Shown: positions 26,395 through 35,913 of the stretch, in pieces
How the letters are laid out: the number at the start of each line of letters is the position of its first letter
How positions within the stretch are numbered: the stretch's first letter is position 1
Source: Candidatus Latescibacterota bacterium
GTDB lineage: Bacteria; Latescibacterota; UBA2968; UBA8231
Reading direction: 5' to 3'
Assembly: GCA_965243025.1 (NCBI GenBank)
Contig: CBDETY010000003.1
Span: forward strand, 2,176,001 to 2,240,000
Length of the DNA stretch: 64,000 nucleotides
Notes under the pieces: generated by a model
Seen by the model: the letters and a program-made list of their open reading frames with translations, nothing else
Database searches by the model: none
Told to the model about the DNA's origin: nothing
Made by a program: the position numbers and the translations under genes

Positions 26395-29300
26395 TTACCC
26401 TGGCTTGGGGCGCCGCAGTCCGTACTTGGACATGCGGTACCGCAGCTTCTCCGGATGCATGCCCAACAGGCGAGCGGCCCCCCGGTCTCCATAGACGATC
26501 CAGTTGGTGGCCTTGAGCGCCTCGAGAATCTGCTGCTTTTCGTCCATCCCTTCAGGAGCTTCCGGTTCAGCGGGCGAGGCAAAAGCCGGCCCCTCAGCCG
26601 AAAGCGGCAGATCCGACACCTGGATGACATTGCCTTCGCACAGCACGACCCCCCTCCGGATCAGGTGCTCGAGCTCGCGCACATTCCCCGGCCAGGTATG
26701 TCTCTGCAAGTGCTCCACGACATCTTCGCCGAGGTTCGGAACGGGGCGCTTGAGTTCGTCTGCGGACCTGGCCGCGAAGTGCGCCGCCAGAACCGGGATG
26801 TCCTCCCGGCGCTCCCGCAGCGGGGGCAGCACTACCGGGAACTCGCTCAAGCGGTAGTACAGGTCCTGCCGGAAGGCCCCTTCCCTGACCGCCTCTACCA
26901 GATCGCAGTTGGTCGCTGCAATCACCCGCACATCCACCTGGACGAGATCGCTGCCACCGACGCGCCTGATCCGGCCATCCTCCAGGATGTGGAGCAATGC
27001 TCCCTGCGCCTGCAAGGGCAGATCGCTGACTGCATCGAGAACCAGGGTGCCGCCATGCGCTCGTTCGAAGCAGCCGATCTGCCCCGCCCCCGCGCCTGAC
27101 AACATCCCCTTCTCACGGCCGAACAGTTCGCTTTCCACCAACCCCGGGGGCAGGGCCCCGCAGTTGATCTGGACGAAGGGATGCTCCCTGCGCGGGCTCA
27201 GGTTGTGGATTTTCCGGGCGAGCAGGCTCTTGCCCGTCCCCGTCTCGCCTGCCAACAGCAGAGTCATATCGGTATTGACCACCTGCCCGAGCCCCGACAG
27301 AAACCCGGATAGGGTCGGGCTCTGGAAGGCCTCGGTCCGAAACGATGCCGGCGGCTCATTCTCCAGGTCTTCCAGGCCGCCACCCTGGGTTGGGACCACC
27401 TGCACTTCCAGGGCAGCCACCTCCGACACCAGGTCATCCATGTCCCGGGCTCGCACCTCAAAGCGATATTCGCCGGCAGGCAAGCCCTGGTAGGCCACCT
27501 TCTTCTCAGGCTCGAACTCGCTCCATTCCTCCCCTTGACCGTGACCGACAAGCCGGTGGCTGTAACCCATCTGTCCGGGTCCCCCGGCCCGGAAACGGAT
27601 GCCCTGGAAGTGAATCGCTATCTCCGGAAGGTCCTCCGGGAAGACCACGGGTCGGGTTGTCTCCAGGAGACGCCCCTTCACAATCCGGCGGATCACGATG
27701 GCCGGAGGAGTATGGGGCGGACCGTACATCTTGAGGCCTTCCAAGGTCCCGAACCATAATCGGCCCCGCCTATCGCACAGAATGGTGTTGACTGTATTCT
27801 CCTGCGCCGAAACCCCCAACCCGAACCCCTGAAAAATGCGGCCATCGTATTTCAGGGCGCCGCCGCCGCCCAGCCCGATCCACAGGTGCTCCCTGCCGTC
27901 TACCGCCAGGGAGCTGATGACGTTCGTCCGGAATCCGTCGTTCTCCTTCGTAAACTGTCGGACTTTCCCCGACTCGTACTCCACGGCAAAGAGCCCGGTA
28001 TTCGTCCCCACCCAGAGCGTACGCTGGTGCTCGCACAAAGCCCTCACTTTGAAAACCGATTTCAGCCCAGGAAAATCGGCCGCCCTCAGACCGTGACATC
28101 CATCCATATGGTACAACCCCGGGTTTTCCGAATGTGCCCCAATCCAGAAGCCTCCGTCGCTATTCACCCCCACGGAATGGAACGGAATCCGCCTGGGCAA
28201 CCCCTGGTCTGGCTCGACTATGCGATCACCCTCGATCCATCCCCCCTTCCCACCACGTGTGAAAACCCAGAAACGCCCTTCCTTGTCCCCACACAGTCCT
28301 ATAGCGAAGTCGTACTCGTCCTGTGAACACAAGGGAATTACTTGAGATCTTTCCCCAAGCCCCTTGGACACCTGGTTTCCTTCTCCAATCCAAAGCATTT
28401 CCCCCCGGTCTATCCCCAACGCGGAGACCCCTCGACTCATTCCGGTCCGATGGATTCGCCCGTCTTCCAGGAAAGCCAATCCCCCTTCTGTGCCTATCCA
28501 CAGCCGCCCTGCGCCGTCTTCTTCCAGACAGGTGACATTCCGATGGGGCAACCCATCGGCTTCCGTATAAGCCTTTAAACTCAACGGGTCGAAAAGAACC
28601 AGGCTGCTGTTATATATCCCCACCCAGATATTCCCTTCCCGATCCTCATATGTCACGCGGACTTGCCTGAATTCCACATCCGGGAAATGCTCCGAAAACG
28701 AATGCCAGTCCCGACCATCGAACACCAGCATATCACGGCGATTCGCTATCCATACCCACCCTCTACGGTCCACACGCACATGCCTCGCCCCGCAAAACGA
28801 ATTATGACCTCCCCCGACACCGGTAATCGCATCGATCCGCTCCAGCCGTTTTCGTTTCGGGCAATAGCGGACGATTGCCCCTCCGGTTCTACGGTGAAGA
28901 GCAATCCACAGATGTCCGGATTGGTCCTGGGCGAACTTCCAGGCCCAACGAACCGCCCCGACCCCATCATTTACCTCCAACTCCTGACCATCCAGGCTGA
29001 TAACGCCACGGTCCTGCGTTGCCAGCCATGTCGTCCCCGCGACATCGGTGGCGATGTCGTACACCCGCCCGATCGGCCGGCCTTGGATGTCCGTGGTAAC
29101 TCCTGAGCACCGCCCGTCGACGAACGAGCCGAAACCCGCACTGGTCAGAACCCGCAGGGAACCATCAACCTGGGGTTGCAAGCCCAGGATTTCATCGGAC
29201 GGCAGCCCGTGCTCAGTGGTGTAAACCTGAAACTGCCCCTCTTCGAAGCCAGCCAGCCCTCCCCCGAGCGTGCCGAACCACAGCCGCCCGTCCTCATCCT

Positions 29301-29547
29301 CGGCAATAGCCATAACCGTCGGATGCGGAAGTCCGTCCGCCATGTTGAAGGTGTCGAACCGGGTGCCGTCGAAGCGGCTGATTCCACCGTCAGCGGTTGC
29401 TATCCAGAGCAGGCCTCGCCGATCCTGGTAAAGGTCTTCCACCTGCATCCCCGCCAATCCATCGGAAAGGGTGTAACGGTGAGCTGAAATGCCGCCAAGG
29501 GATCTTGTCCCACCTGGACTCCCTCCGGATTCCCCACGGTGATTCAT
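26395..29547 (-). CDS. Beta-propeller (Reg_prop) + Y_Y_Y + sigma54-type AAA+ + HTH transcriptional regulator
   Basis: Repeated YTxxDGLP...EDxxGxLW blades; YSHRLVG...LPAGEYRFEVRA; GETGTGKS, INCGAL, ESELFG, FRQDLYYRL and WPGNVRELE; C-terminal GAARLLG HTH. Start at 29547 chosen for the GGAGA RBS (ORF is open to 29613). Confidence 0.88.
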   Translation of the reverse strand: MNHRGESGGSPGGTRSLGGISAHRYTLSDGLAGMQVEDLYQDRRGLLWIATADGGISRFDGTRFDTFNMADGLPHPTVMAIAEDEDGRLWFGTLGGGLAGFEEGQFQVYTTEHGLPSDEILGLQPQVDGSLRVLTSAGFGSFVDGRCSGVTTDIQGRPIGRVYDIATDVAGTTWLATQDRGVISLDGQELEVNDGVGAVRWAWKFAQDQSGHLWIALHRRTGGAIVRYCPKRKRLERIDAITGVGGGHNSFCGARHVRVDRRGWVWIANRRDMLVFDGRDWHSFSEHFPDVEFRQVRVTYEDREGNIWVGIYNSSLVLFDPLSLKAYTEADGLPHRNVTCLEEDGAGRLWIGTEGGLAFLEDGRIHRTGMSRGVSALGIDRGEMLWIGEGNQVSKGLGERSQVIPLCSQDEYDFAIGLCGDKEGRFWVFTRGGKGGWIEGDRIVEPDQGLPRRIPFHSVGVNSDGGFWIGAHSENPGLYHMDGCHGLRAADFPGLKSVFKVRALCEHQRTLWVGTNTGLFAVEYESGKVRQFTKENDGFRTNVISSLAVDGREHLWIGLGGGGALKYDGRIFQGFGLGVSAQENTVNTILCDRRGRLWFGTLEGLKMYGPPHTPPAIVIRRIVKGRLLETTRPVVFPEDLPEIAIHFQGIRFRAGGPGQMGYSHRLVGHGQGEEWSEFEPEKKVAYQGLPAGEYRFEVRARDMDDLVSEVAALEVQVVPTQGGGLEDLENEPPASFRTEAFQSPTLSGFLSGLGQVVNTDMTLLLAGETGTGKSLLARKIHNLSPRREHPFVQINCGALPPGLVESELFGREKGMLSGAGAGQIGCFERAHGGTLVLDAVSDLPLQAQGALLHILEDGRIRRVGGSDLVQVDVRVIAATNCDLVEAVREGAFRQDLYYRLSEFPVVLPPLRERREDIPVLAAHFAARSADELKRPVPNLGEDVVEHLQRHTWPGNVRELEHLIRRGVVLCEGNVIQVSDLPLSAEGPAFASPAEPEAPEGMDEKQQILEALKATNWIVYGDRGAARLLGMHPEKLRYRMSKYGLRRPKPG

Positions 29548-29596
29548 TCCAATTTCTCCCAATTCGGGCTTGGCTGACCGGGCAACCGATGAGCCG

Positions 29597-29754
29597 TACG
29601 AAAAATCGTGCAACAGAAAAAACCCATGATGAATTTAAGAATGCTTGTTACCAAGCGATATGTAAAATTCCCCATGGGCAATTCACAGAATCAATAAATC
29701 AAAACCCAGTCAATTTCCACGATTTTCCGTGTAAATTCCCACGATTAACCGTGT
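29597..29754. promoter_or_regulatory. Putative operator sites CACG-N6-CGTG (two in a 22-bp tandem repeat, one near-match upstream) in the divergent promoter region
   Basis: caatttccacgattttccgtgt (29711-29732) and aaattcccacgattaaccgtgt (29733-29754) match at 18/22 positions; tacgaaaaatcgtg at 29597-29610; AT-rich intergenic region. Confidence 0.55.
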
Positions 29755-29906
29755 CCGGTAGTTTAACTTTCACTTTTGTAATTCATAAGCAAATAAAATT
29801 TGGTGATTTCCTTGGCCAAATCCATTTTGTTTTCTTCCTTACAAGACCATAAGACCTGAGTTCGCATACTATTCCTAAGGAGCTTCTTTTCAACAACGGT
29901 AGCAAA

Positions 29907-32900
29907 ATGAAAACTCTGGTTTACGCCGCCATTTGTTCCGGCTTTCCCATCTTGGTTCTCTCCCCGCCGCCGGCCGCCCATGCCTCTTTCTCGCCGGCCG
30001 ACAGCGTGCACCCCTGCGCCTTCGACGACCACCAGCAGTGGCGGCGCGATCACCCCCGCCCCGCGGCCAAGCCGCTGGCCGATCTCGGCGGCGAACCGCG
30101 CACGGTGCGGATGATCTACTTCCTGCCCAACGACCGCCCCTTTCGCCAGGAAGTGGCCGATTCGATGAAGGATTCGATCCGGCAGGTTCAGCAGTTCTAT
30201 GCCGAACAGATGCAGGCACACGGCTACGGGGACAGGACCTTCCGGATCGAAACCGACGCCCGGGGCGAGCCGGTCGTGCATCGCGTGGATGGGCAACACC
30301 CGGACAGGCACTATCTCGAGTTCACGAATGGCAAGGTGCTCGATGAGATTGTACCGGCCTTCGATCTCCATGCCAACATCTACTTCATCGTCATCGACAA
30401 CTTCCCCGGTCACATCGATGTCTCCGGTTCTCCTGCGACAGGCGTCGGAGTCGAGTGGGGGAAGAACGGTGGATTCTTGTTGGTCTCCGAGGAGTTTGAT
30501 CGGGCCCTGGTGGCGCATGAGCTTGGACATGCCTTCGGACTGTACCACGACTTCCGCGATGATGCATACACCATGTCCTACGGCCCGGGACAGAATCAGT
30601 TGTCCGAGTGCGCTGCCGGGTTCCTGGCCGTGGATACCTACTTCAATCCCGACAGCCCGGTCGAAGAGGGGACATCCCCAACCATCCGGCTCCTCTCTCC
30701 GCGCACATATCCGGCTGGAACCACAAGTGTTCCGGTCCAGCTCGAAGTCGCCGACCCGGACGGGATTCACCAGGTGATCCTGCTTGTCGGGTTTGGAGGC
30801 GAGGTGAAGGCGTGTCGGGGATTGGCTGGCAAGGAAGCGGGCGTGGTCGAGTTCGAGTACGACGGCGTCATCCCCTCCGAAGTCTCCTCGAGTCTGTACG
30901 ACCCTGTTGTCCATACAATGAGAGTTGTCGCAGTTGATACGGATGGGAACGTCAAAACGCGGCAATTCGGTCTTTCCGAGCACTCTCCACAACAGACCGC
31001 CACCCTTGAGCATGAGTTTCCGGTCACTTCACTGGCCTTTTCGCCGGATGGGACTCTCGCCTCCGGGTCGCTTGAGACAGTCGAACTGTGGGATGTGGCG
31101 ACAAGAGAACGCATCGCAACCTTCGAGCATCCGCATTGGGTTTCCTCGGTGGCCTTTTCGCCGGATGGGCACACCCTCGCCTCGTCCTTGCAGGAGTTCA
31201 ACACGGTGAAGCTGCGGGATGCGGCGACGAACAAGGTCACAACCCTCGAAGGGCATACGGATCTGGTCCCGTCTGTGACGTTTTCCCCCGACGGGACTCT
31301 CCTCGCCTCGGGATCGTGGGATGGTACGGTGAAGCTGTGGGACCTGGCTGAACTGAGAGAGACCGCTGACCTCGAAGGGCATACAGACTTCGTTTTCTCG
31401 GTGGCGTTTTCCCCCGATGGGACTCTCCTCGCCTCGGGATCGAAAGATGGCACGGTGAAGCTGTGGGACGTGGCCACAAGGGAGAACACGGCCACCCTGG
31501 AAGGGCATGAGTGGGGGGCCAAGTCGGTGGTGTTCTCGCCGGATGGGAGCCTCCTCGCTTCCGGGACAGGAAAGGGTCCGATCAAGCTGTGGGACGTGGC
31601 CACAAGAGAGGTCACCGTCACCCTGGAAGGGCATGGGGGTGATGTCGATGCGGTGGTGTTTTCGCCGGATGGGACAATTCTCGCCTCCGGATCGAGTGAT
31701 TTCAGCGTCAAGCTGTGGGACGTAGGGGCAGGGTCGGATATCGCCACGTTCAAGGGACATTCGCATTGGGTCGATGGGGTGGCCTTTTCGCCCGATGGGA
31801 CACTCCTCGCTTCCGGGTCGCAGGATAGAACGGTCAAATTGTGGGACCTTGCCGAGTGGCCGACGGCGCCACGGGATGGTCCGCTCGGCGGGAGGAGGCC
31901 CCGTCCCTCCGCGCTGGCGATCATCTCCGGCGACGGCCAGCAGGGCCAGCCCGGGGCCGCGTTGACCCAGCCCCTGGTCGTGGAAGTCCAGGATCAGTAC
32001 GGCGATCCCCTGCCCGGGGCTACCGTCACCTTCACGGTCACCACCGGTGAAGGCCAGCTCAGCGGCCGGTTCACGGTGGAGCGGGCCACGACCGATGCCA
32101 GCGGCCGGGCCGAGCTGACCCTTACCCTGGGTCCCCTCCCCGGTCCGAACATCGTGGGCCTGTCCCTCGGCTGGCGCGAGCTGGCCGCGTTTACCGCCGA
32201 TGGGGTGGGCGTCGCCGTGGCCGAGCTGGAAGGGGACTACCGGACCTGGCATCTCCCCGAGGGGGCGACGGCGCGCCTGGGCAAGGGCGCCCTGGAACGG
32301 GGCGACCGGGCCGTGGCTCTTTCGGCGGACGGCCGCTGTCTGGCCGTGGCCAGCGGCATCGGGGTGTGGCTGTACGAGGCGGCCACGTCCCGGGCCCTGG
32401 CGCTGCTGCCGACGGAAAGTGCGGTCCATTCGGTGTCGTTCTCCCTCGACGGCACCCTGGCCGCGGGGTTGGACAACGGCCGGGTCGAGCTGTGGGAGGT
32501 GGAGACCGGGGAGCGGATCGGCACGCTGAGGCAGGCGGATCGTCCGGTCTCCTCGGTGGCTTTTTCGCGGGATGGGGCAACCCTGGCGGCCGGGTCGGGT
32601 GATCAGGTCATCAAGGTGTGGGACGTAGAGACCTGGCGTGAGGTGGGCACTTGGGAAGTGCTGCGTGAAGGCAATGTCCTTTCTCCACTTTCGGTTGCCT
32701 TTTCACCGGACGGGACGAGGCTGGTATCGGGGTTCCAGGACGGCACGGTCCGGCTGTGGGACGTGGCAACGCAAGAGGAGGTGGCAACGCTGGAGGGGCA
32801 CACGGATCGGGTCGCTTCGGTGTCGTTCTCCCCCGATGGCGCCCTGCTGGCTTCGTCCGGGGGGAGTAATGATGATCCCACGGTCCGGCTGTGGGACGCG

Positions 32901-34826
32901 GCCACACAGGCACAGATCGCGACTTTGGAAGGGCATACGTTTGGGGTCAACTCGGTAGCGTTTTCTCCGCCCGACGGCGCCACCCTCGCTTCGGCGTCGG
33001 ATGACGGTACGGTCCGCCTGTGGGACGTGGCCACACACCAGGAGACCGCCCTCTTGGACGAGCATGGGGCCCCGGTCCATTCGGTGACGTTTTCCCCCGA
33101 TGGGGCCACCCTCGCTTCCAGTGGTGCCGACGGCACGGTGCTGCTGCGGGACCTGGAGACCGACAATGCCGCCCGTCTCTCCGGCCACGGGTCTTTGTGG
33201 TCGATGGCGCTCGCGCGAGATGGCGTCCTTCTGGCTTCGGGGTTCGGGGACGGCACGGTGCGGCTGTGGGACGCGGCGACGCGGACACGGATCGCCACCC
33301 TCGTGGGACATACGTCGCTGGTCACTTCCGTGTCGATTTCTTCCAACGGCGGCCTCCTGGCCTCCGGGGCCTTGGATGGCAGGGTCAGCCTGTGGGACAT
33401 AGCGACGAGGACCAATACCGCTACCCTCGAGGCACATGGTCCGGTCAGGTCAGTGGCCTTTTCGCCCGACGGCGCCCTCCTGGCTTCCGGGTCGCAGGGT
33501 GGCAGGGTCAGCATGTGGGACGTGGGGACGCAAACGCAGGTCGCCACGCTGTGGGGCACGTCCGATGTCAATTCGGTGGCTTTTTCTCCGCCCGATGGAG
33601 CCCTTCTGGCTTCGGCCGGAGGCTTTGGAGACAAGACAGTCAAGCTGTGGGACGTGGAGACTCGTGACCTGATTGGCACCCTGGAAGGTCATGAGAGGGA
33701 GGTCGGTGGGGTGACCTTTTCCCCCGATGGCAAGACTCTTGCCTCGGGGTCGTGGGATGGCACGGTGAAGCTGTGGGACGTGGCGACACGCACTCCTGTC
33801 GCCACTCTGCAGGATGTGAATACAGTCCGTTCGGTGGTCTTCTCGCCCGATGGCGCCCTCCTTGCTTCCGGGTCACTTGGTGGCACGGTCAGCCTGTGGG
33901 ACGTGCCGACGAAGAGAAGAACCGCCACCCTGGAGGGGCATAGGGATCAGGTCCATTCGGTGGCTTTTTCGGGCGACGGCGCTACTCTGGCCTCCGGGGC
34001 CAGGGATGGCACCATGCTGCTGTGGGACATGCAGCTGGTTCTGCCGCACCCCCGCACCCTGGCCAAGCTTTCCGGCGATGAGCAGCAGGGATTGCCCGCT
34101 GCTCAACTGGCGGAGCCGTTCGTCGTTTCGGTGCTGGACCAGAACGGGGCCCCGCTTCCCGGGGCGGAAGTCACTTTCACAGTTACCGCCGGCGAGGGAA
34201 CGCTCTCCCCAACCACCGCCACCACCGGTGAGAACGGCCGCGCCGCCAGCACCTTGACCCTGGGCAGCCTGCCTGGGACCAGTACCGTCACCGTATCGGT
34301 GGCCGGCCTCGACCCCGTGACCTTCACCGCCACCGCGGAAGCCACCGCCGACTTCGACGGCGACGGCGCGGTCAGCTTCTCCGACTTCTTTCTGTTCGCC
34401 GACGCATTCGGCGGCAGCGACCCCCGCTTCGACCTCGACGGCAGCGGCAGCGTCGACTTCGCCGACTTCTTCCTCCTGGCCGACTACTTCGCCGATCCTG
34501 CCCGGGGCAAGCTGCTGGCCCTTGCCCGGGAGAGGATCGGCCTGCCCGACGGCCCTCAGCTTCGGCAGAACGCCCCCAACCCCTTCAACAGCGAGACCGT
34601 CATCTCCTGGTTCCTGCTGCGGCCGGGTCCGGCGCAAGTGGAGGTGTTCGCCCTGACCGGGCAGCGGGTGGCGGTCTTGCACCAAGGACCGAAGAAGGCG
34701 GGCGTGCACCGAGTGCACTGGGACGGGGGTGACGACGATGGCCGCCCACTTGCCAGCGGCGTCTACCTGTACCGCCTTTCGACCGCCGAGGCTGTGCAGA
34801 CGCGGAAGCTGACCCTGCTGCGGTGA
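29907..34826 (+). CDS. Secreted multidomain protein: metzincin-type Zn protease, 7 WD40, Big-1 Ig, 14 WD40, Big-1 Ig, EF-hand pair, FlgD-Ig/secretion-type C-terminal tail
   Basis: Signal peptide ...AAHA; HELGHAFGLYH and YTMSY Met-turn; 21 WD40 repeats (GH..V.SVAFSPDG..LASGS.D.TVKLWD); ISGDGQQG...V.F.VT.G.G.L twice; DFDGDGAVSFSDF and DLDGSGSVDFADF; QNAPNPFN...LASGVYLYRL. Confidence 0.9.
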   Translation: MKTLVYAAICSGFPILVLSPPPAAHASFSPADSVHPCAFDDHQQWRRDHPRPAAKPLADLGGEPRTVRMIYFLPNDRPFRQEVADSMKDSIRQVQQFYAEQMQAHGYGDRTFRIETDARGEPVVHRVDGQHPDRHYLEFTNGKVLDEIVPAFDLHANIYFIVIDNFPGHIDVSGSPATGVGVEWGKNGGFLLVSEEFDRALVAHELGHAFGLYHDFRDDAYTMSYGPGQNQLSECAAGFLAVDTYFNPDSPVEEGTSPTIRLLSPRTYPAGTTSVPVQLEVADPDGIHQVILLVGFGGEVKACRGLAGKEAGVVEFEYDGVIPSEVSSSLYDPVVHTMRVVAVDTDGNVKTRQFGLSEHSPQQTATLEHEFPVTSLAFSPDGTLASGSLETVELWDVATRERIATFEHPHWVSSVAFSPDGHTLASSLQEFNTVKLRDAATNKVTTLEGHTDLVPSVTFSPDGTLLASGSWDGTVKLWDLAELRETADLEGHTDFVFSVAFSPDGTLLASGSKDGTVKLWDVATRENTATLEGHEWGAKSVVFSPDGSLLASGTGKGPIKLWDVATREVTVTLEGHGGDVDAVVFSPDGTILASGSSDFSVKLWDVGAGSDIATFKGHSHWVDGVAFSPDGTLLASGSQDRTVKLWDLAEWPTAPRDGPLGGRRPRPSALAIISGDGQQGQPGAALTQPLVVEVQDQYGDPLPGATVTFTVTTGEGQLSGRFTVERATTDASGRAELTLTLGPLPGPNIVGLSLGWRELAAFTADGVGVAVAELEGDYRTWHLPEGATARLGKGALERGDRAVALSADGRCLAVASGIGVWLYEAATSRALALLPTESAVHSVSFSLDGTLAAGLDNGRVELWEVETGERIGTLRQADRPVSSVAFSRDGATLAAGSGDQVIKVWDVETWREVGTWEVLREGNVLSPLSVAFSPDGTRLVSGFQDGTVRLWDVATQEEVATLEGHTDRVASVSFSPDGALLASSGGSNDDPTVRLWDAATQAQIATLEGHTFGVNSVAFSPPDGATLASASDDGTVRLWDVATHQETALLDEHGAPVHSVTFSPDGATLASSGADGTVLLRDLETDNAARLSGHGSLWSMALARDGVLLASGFGDGTVRLWDAATRTRIATLVGHTSLVTSVSISSNGGLLASGALDGRVSLWDIATRTNTATLEAHGPVRSVAFSPDGALLASGSQGGRVSMWDVGTQTQVATLWGTSDVNSVAFSPPDGALLASAGGFGDKTVKLWDVETRDLIGTLEGHEREVGGVTFSPDGKTLASGSWDGTVKLWDVATRTPVATLQDVNTVRSVVFSPDGALLASGSLGGTVSLWDVPTKRRTATLEGHRDQVHSVAFSGDGATLASGARDGTMLLWDMQLVLPHPRTLAKLSGDEQQGLPAAQLAEPFVVSVLDQNGAPLPGAEVTFTVTAGEGTLSPTTATTGENGRAASTLTLGSLPGTSTVTVSVAGLDPVTFTATAEATADFDGDGAVSFSDFFLFADAFGGSDPRFDLDGSGSVDFADFFLLADYFADPARGKLLALARERIGLPDGPQLRQNAPNPFNSETVISWFLLRPGPAQVEVFALTGQRVAVLHQGPKKAGVHRVHWDGGDDDGRPLASGVYLYRLSTAEAVQTRKLTLLR
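30990..31855 (+). repeat. WD40 coding tandem repeats, block 1 (7 units of ~126 bp; boundaries approximate)
   Basis: Recurrent ttttcgccggatggg...gtgaagctgtgggac units. Confidence 0.85.
32300..34030 (+). repeat. WD40 coding tandem repeats, block 2 (14 units; boundaries approximate)
   Basis: Fourteen S.DG..LAS..D.TV.LWD units counted in the translation. Confidence 0.85.
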
Positions 34827-35004
34827 GCCCGGCAAACCTGGATCTACGGTTTGAAAGCCATGAAGGCGAACAGCCTCATGGGGTGGATACGCTTCGCTCG
34901 ATGGTACGTCGATCGGCGGCCAAGCACCTCCGCCTGACGCCGTTTGCACCAGTGATCGTAAAGTGACCGGCAGCACAGGGGGGACTGACCCGAAAGAGGA
35001 CGCC

Positions 35005-35913
35005 ATGGGGCGCTGGTGGGTTTATCAGGGAGAGCGTTTCCCCCTGTTGAGGCACGGGCCGTTGATCCTCGCCTTCAGTTTCAGCGCCGTCTCTTTCTCC
35101 TGGATGCTGCGCTCCCCCGGAGGATGGCCCGACCCGTTGTCGGTGGTGGTCGCCTTCGCCTCCTGTCTGGTCTTCTTCCTGCAACTGCGCATCGCCGACG
35201 AGTTCAAGGACTTCGAAGAGGATGCGCGCTATCGGCCCTACCGCCCGGTACCCCGAGGTCTCGTAACCCTCCGGGAGCTGGCCGGCCTCTTCGCGATCGC
35301 GGGGGCTCTGCAGCTGGGCCTCGCCCTCTGGCTTGACCCGCGGCTTCTCGTCCTGCTGCTCGTCACCTGGATCTACTTCACCCTAATGAGCAAGGAGTTC
35401 TTTGTCGCAAGGTGGCTGCGCGGCAAACACCTGCTCTACATGGTCACCCACATGGCCATCATGCCGCTCATCGACCTCTACGCCACCAGCACCGACTGGC
35501 TGGTCTTCCAGGGCCATCCTCCATCCGGACTGTTCTGGTTCCTGCTTGCCAGCCTCTTCAACGGCATGGTGATCGAGATCGGCCGCAAGATTCGCAGTCC
35601 CCGGGATGAAGAGGAGGGGGTGGCCACCTATTCCGAGGTGTGGGGCCGGAGGCGGGCGGTGGGCGCGTGGTGGCTTGTGCTGGGGCTGGCGCTCGGTTGC
35701 GCCTGCCTGGCCGCGCGCCCCATCGATTTTGTCCCACCGCTGGCCATTGCTCTCGGGGCGTCCTTGGGCGGTGCGGTGCTCATCGGAGCTCGCTTCCTGC
35801 GGCGCCAGACTCCCGGAGCGGGGAACTGGATCGAGAACTGGTCCGGGGTCTGGACGCTGGTGTTCTATCTCAGCCTGGGTCCGGCACCGCTTCTGTGGCG
35901 GGAAATCGGATGA
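35005..35913 (+). CDS. UbiA-family prenyltransferase-like membrane protein
   Basis: Asp-rich motif LRIADEFKDFEEDARYRPYRPVPRG, second motif EIGRK...EEEGVATYS, about 8 TM helices; ATG after GAGGA. Confidence 0.8.
   Translation: MGRWWVYQGERFPLLRHGPLILAFSFSAVSFSWMLRSPGGWPDPLSVVVAFASCLVFFLQLRIADEFKDFEEDARYRPYRPVPRGLVTLRELAGLFAIAGALQLGLALWLDPRLLVLLLVTWIYFTLMSKEFFVARWLRGKHLLYMVTHMAIMPLIDLYATSTDWLVFQGHPPSGLFWFLLASLFNGMVIEIGRKIRSPRDEEEGVATYSEVWGRRRAVGAWWLVLGLALGCACLAARPIDFVPPLAIALGASLGGAVLIGARFLRRQTPGAGNWIENWSGVWTLVFYLSLGPAPLLWREIG

Noticed and set aside
29812-29830. TTGGCCAAATCCATTTTG as a sigma54 -24/-12 promoter
   Set aside because: No GC at the required GG-N10-GC spacing.
30990-34030. Regular DNA repeats as a CRISPR array or DGR template/variable repeat
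   Set aside because: They are in-frame WD40 coding repeats with no spacer structure, and no cas or reverse transcriptase gene is present in the window.
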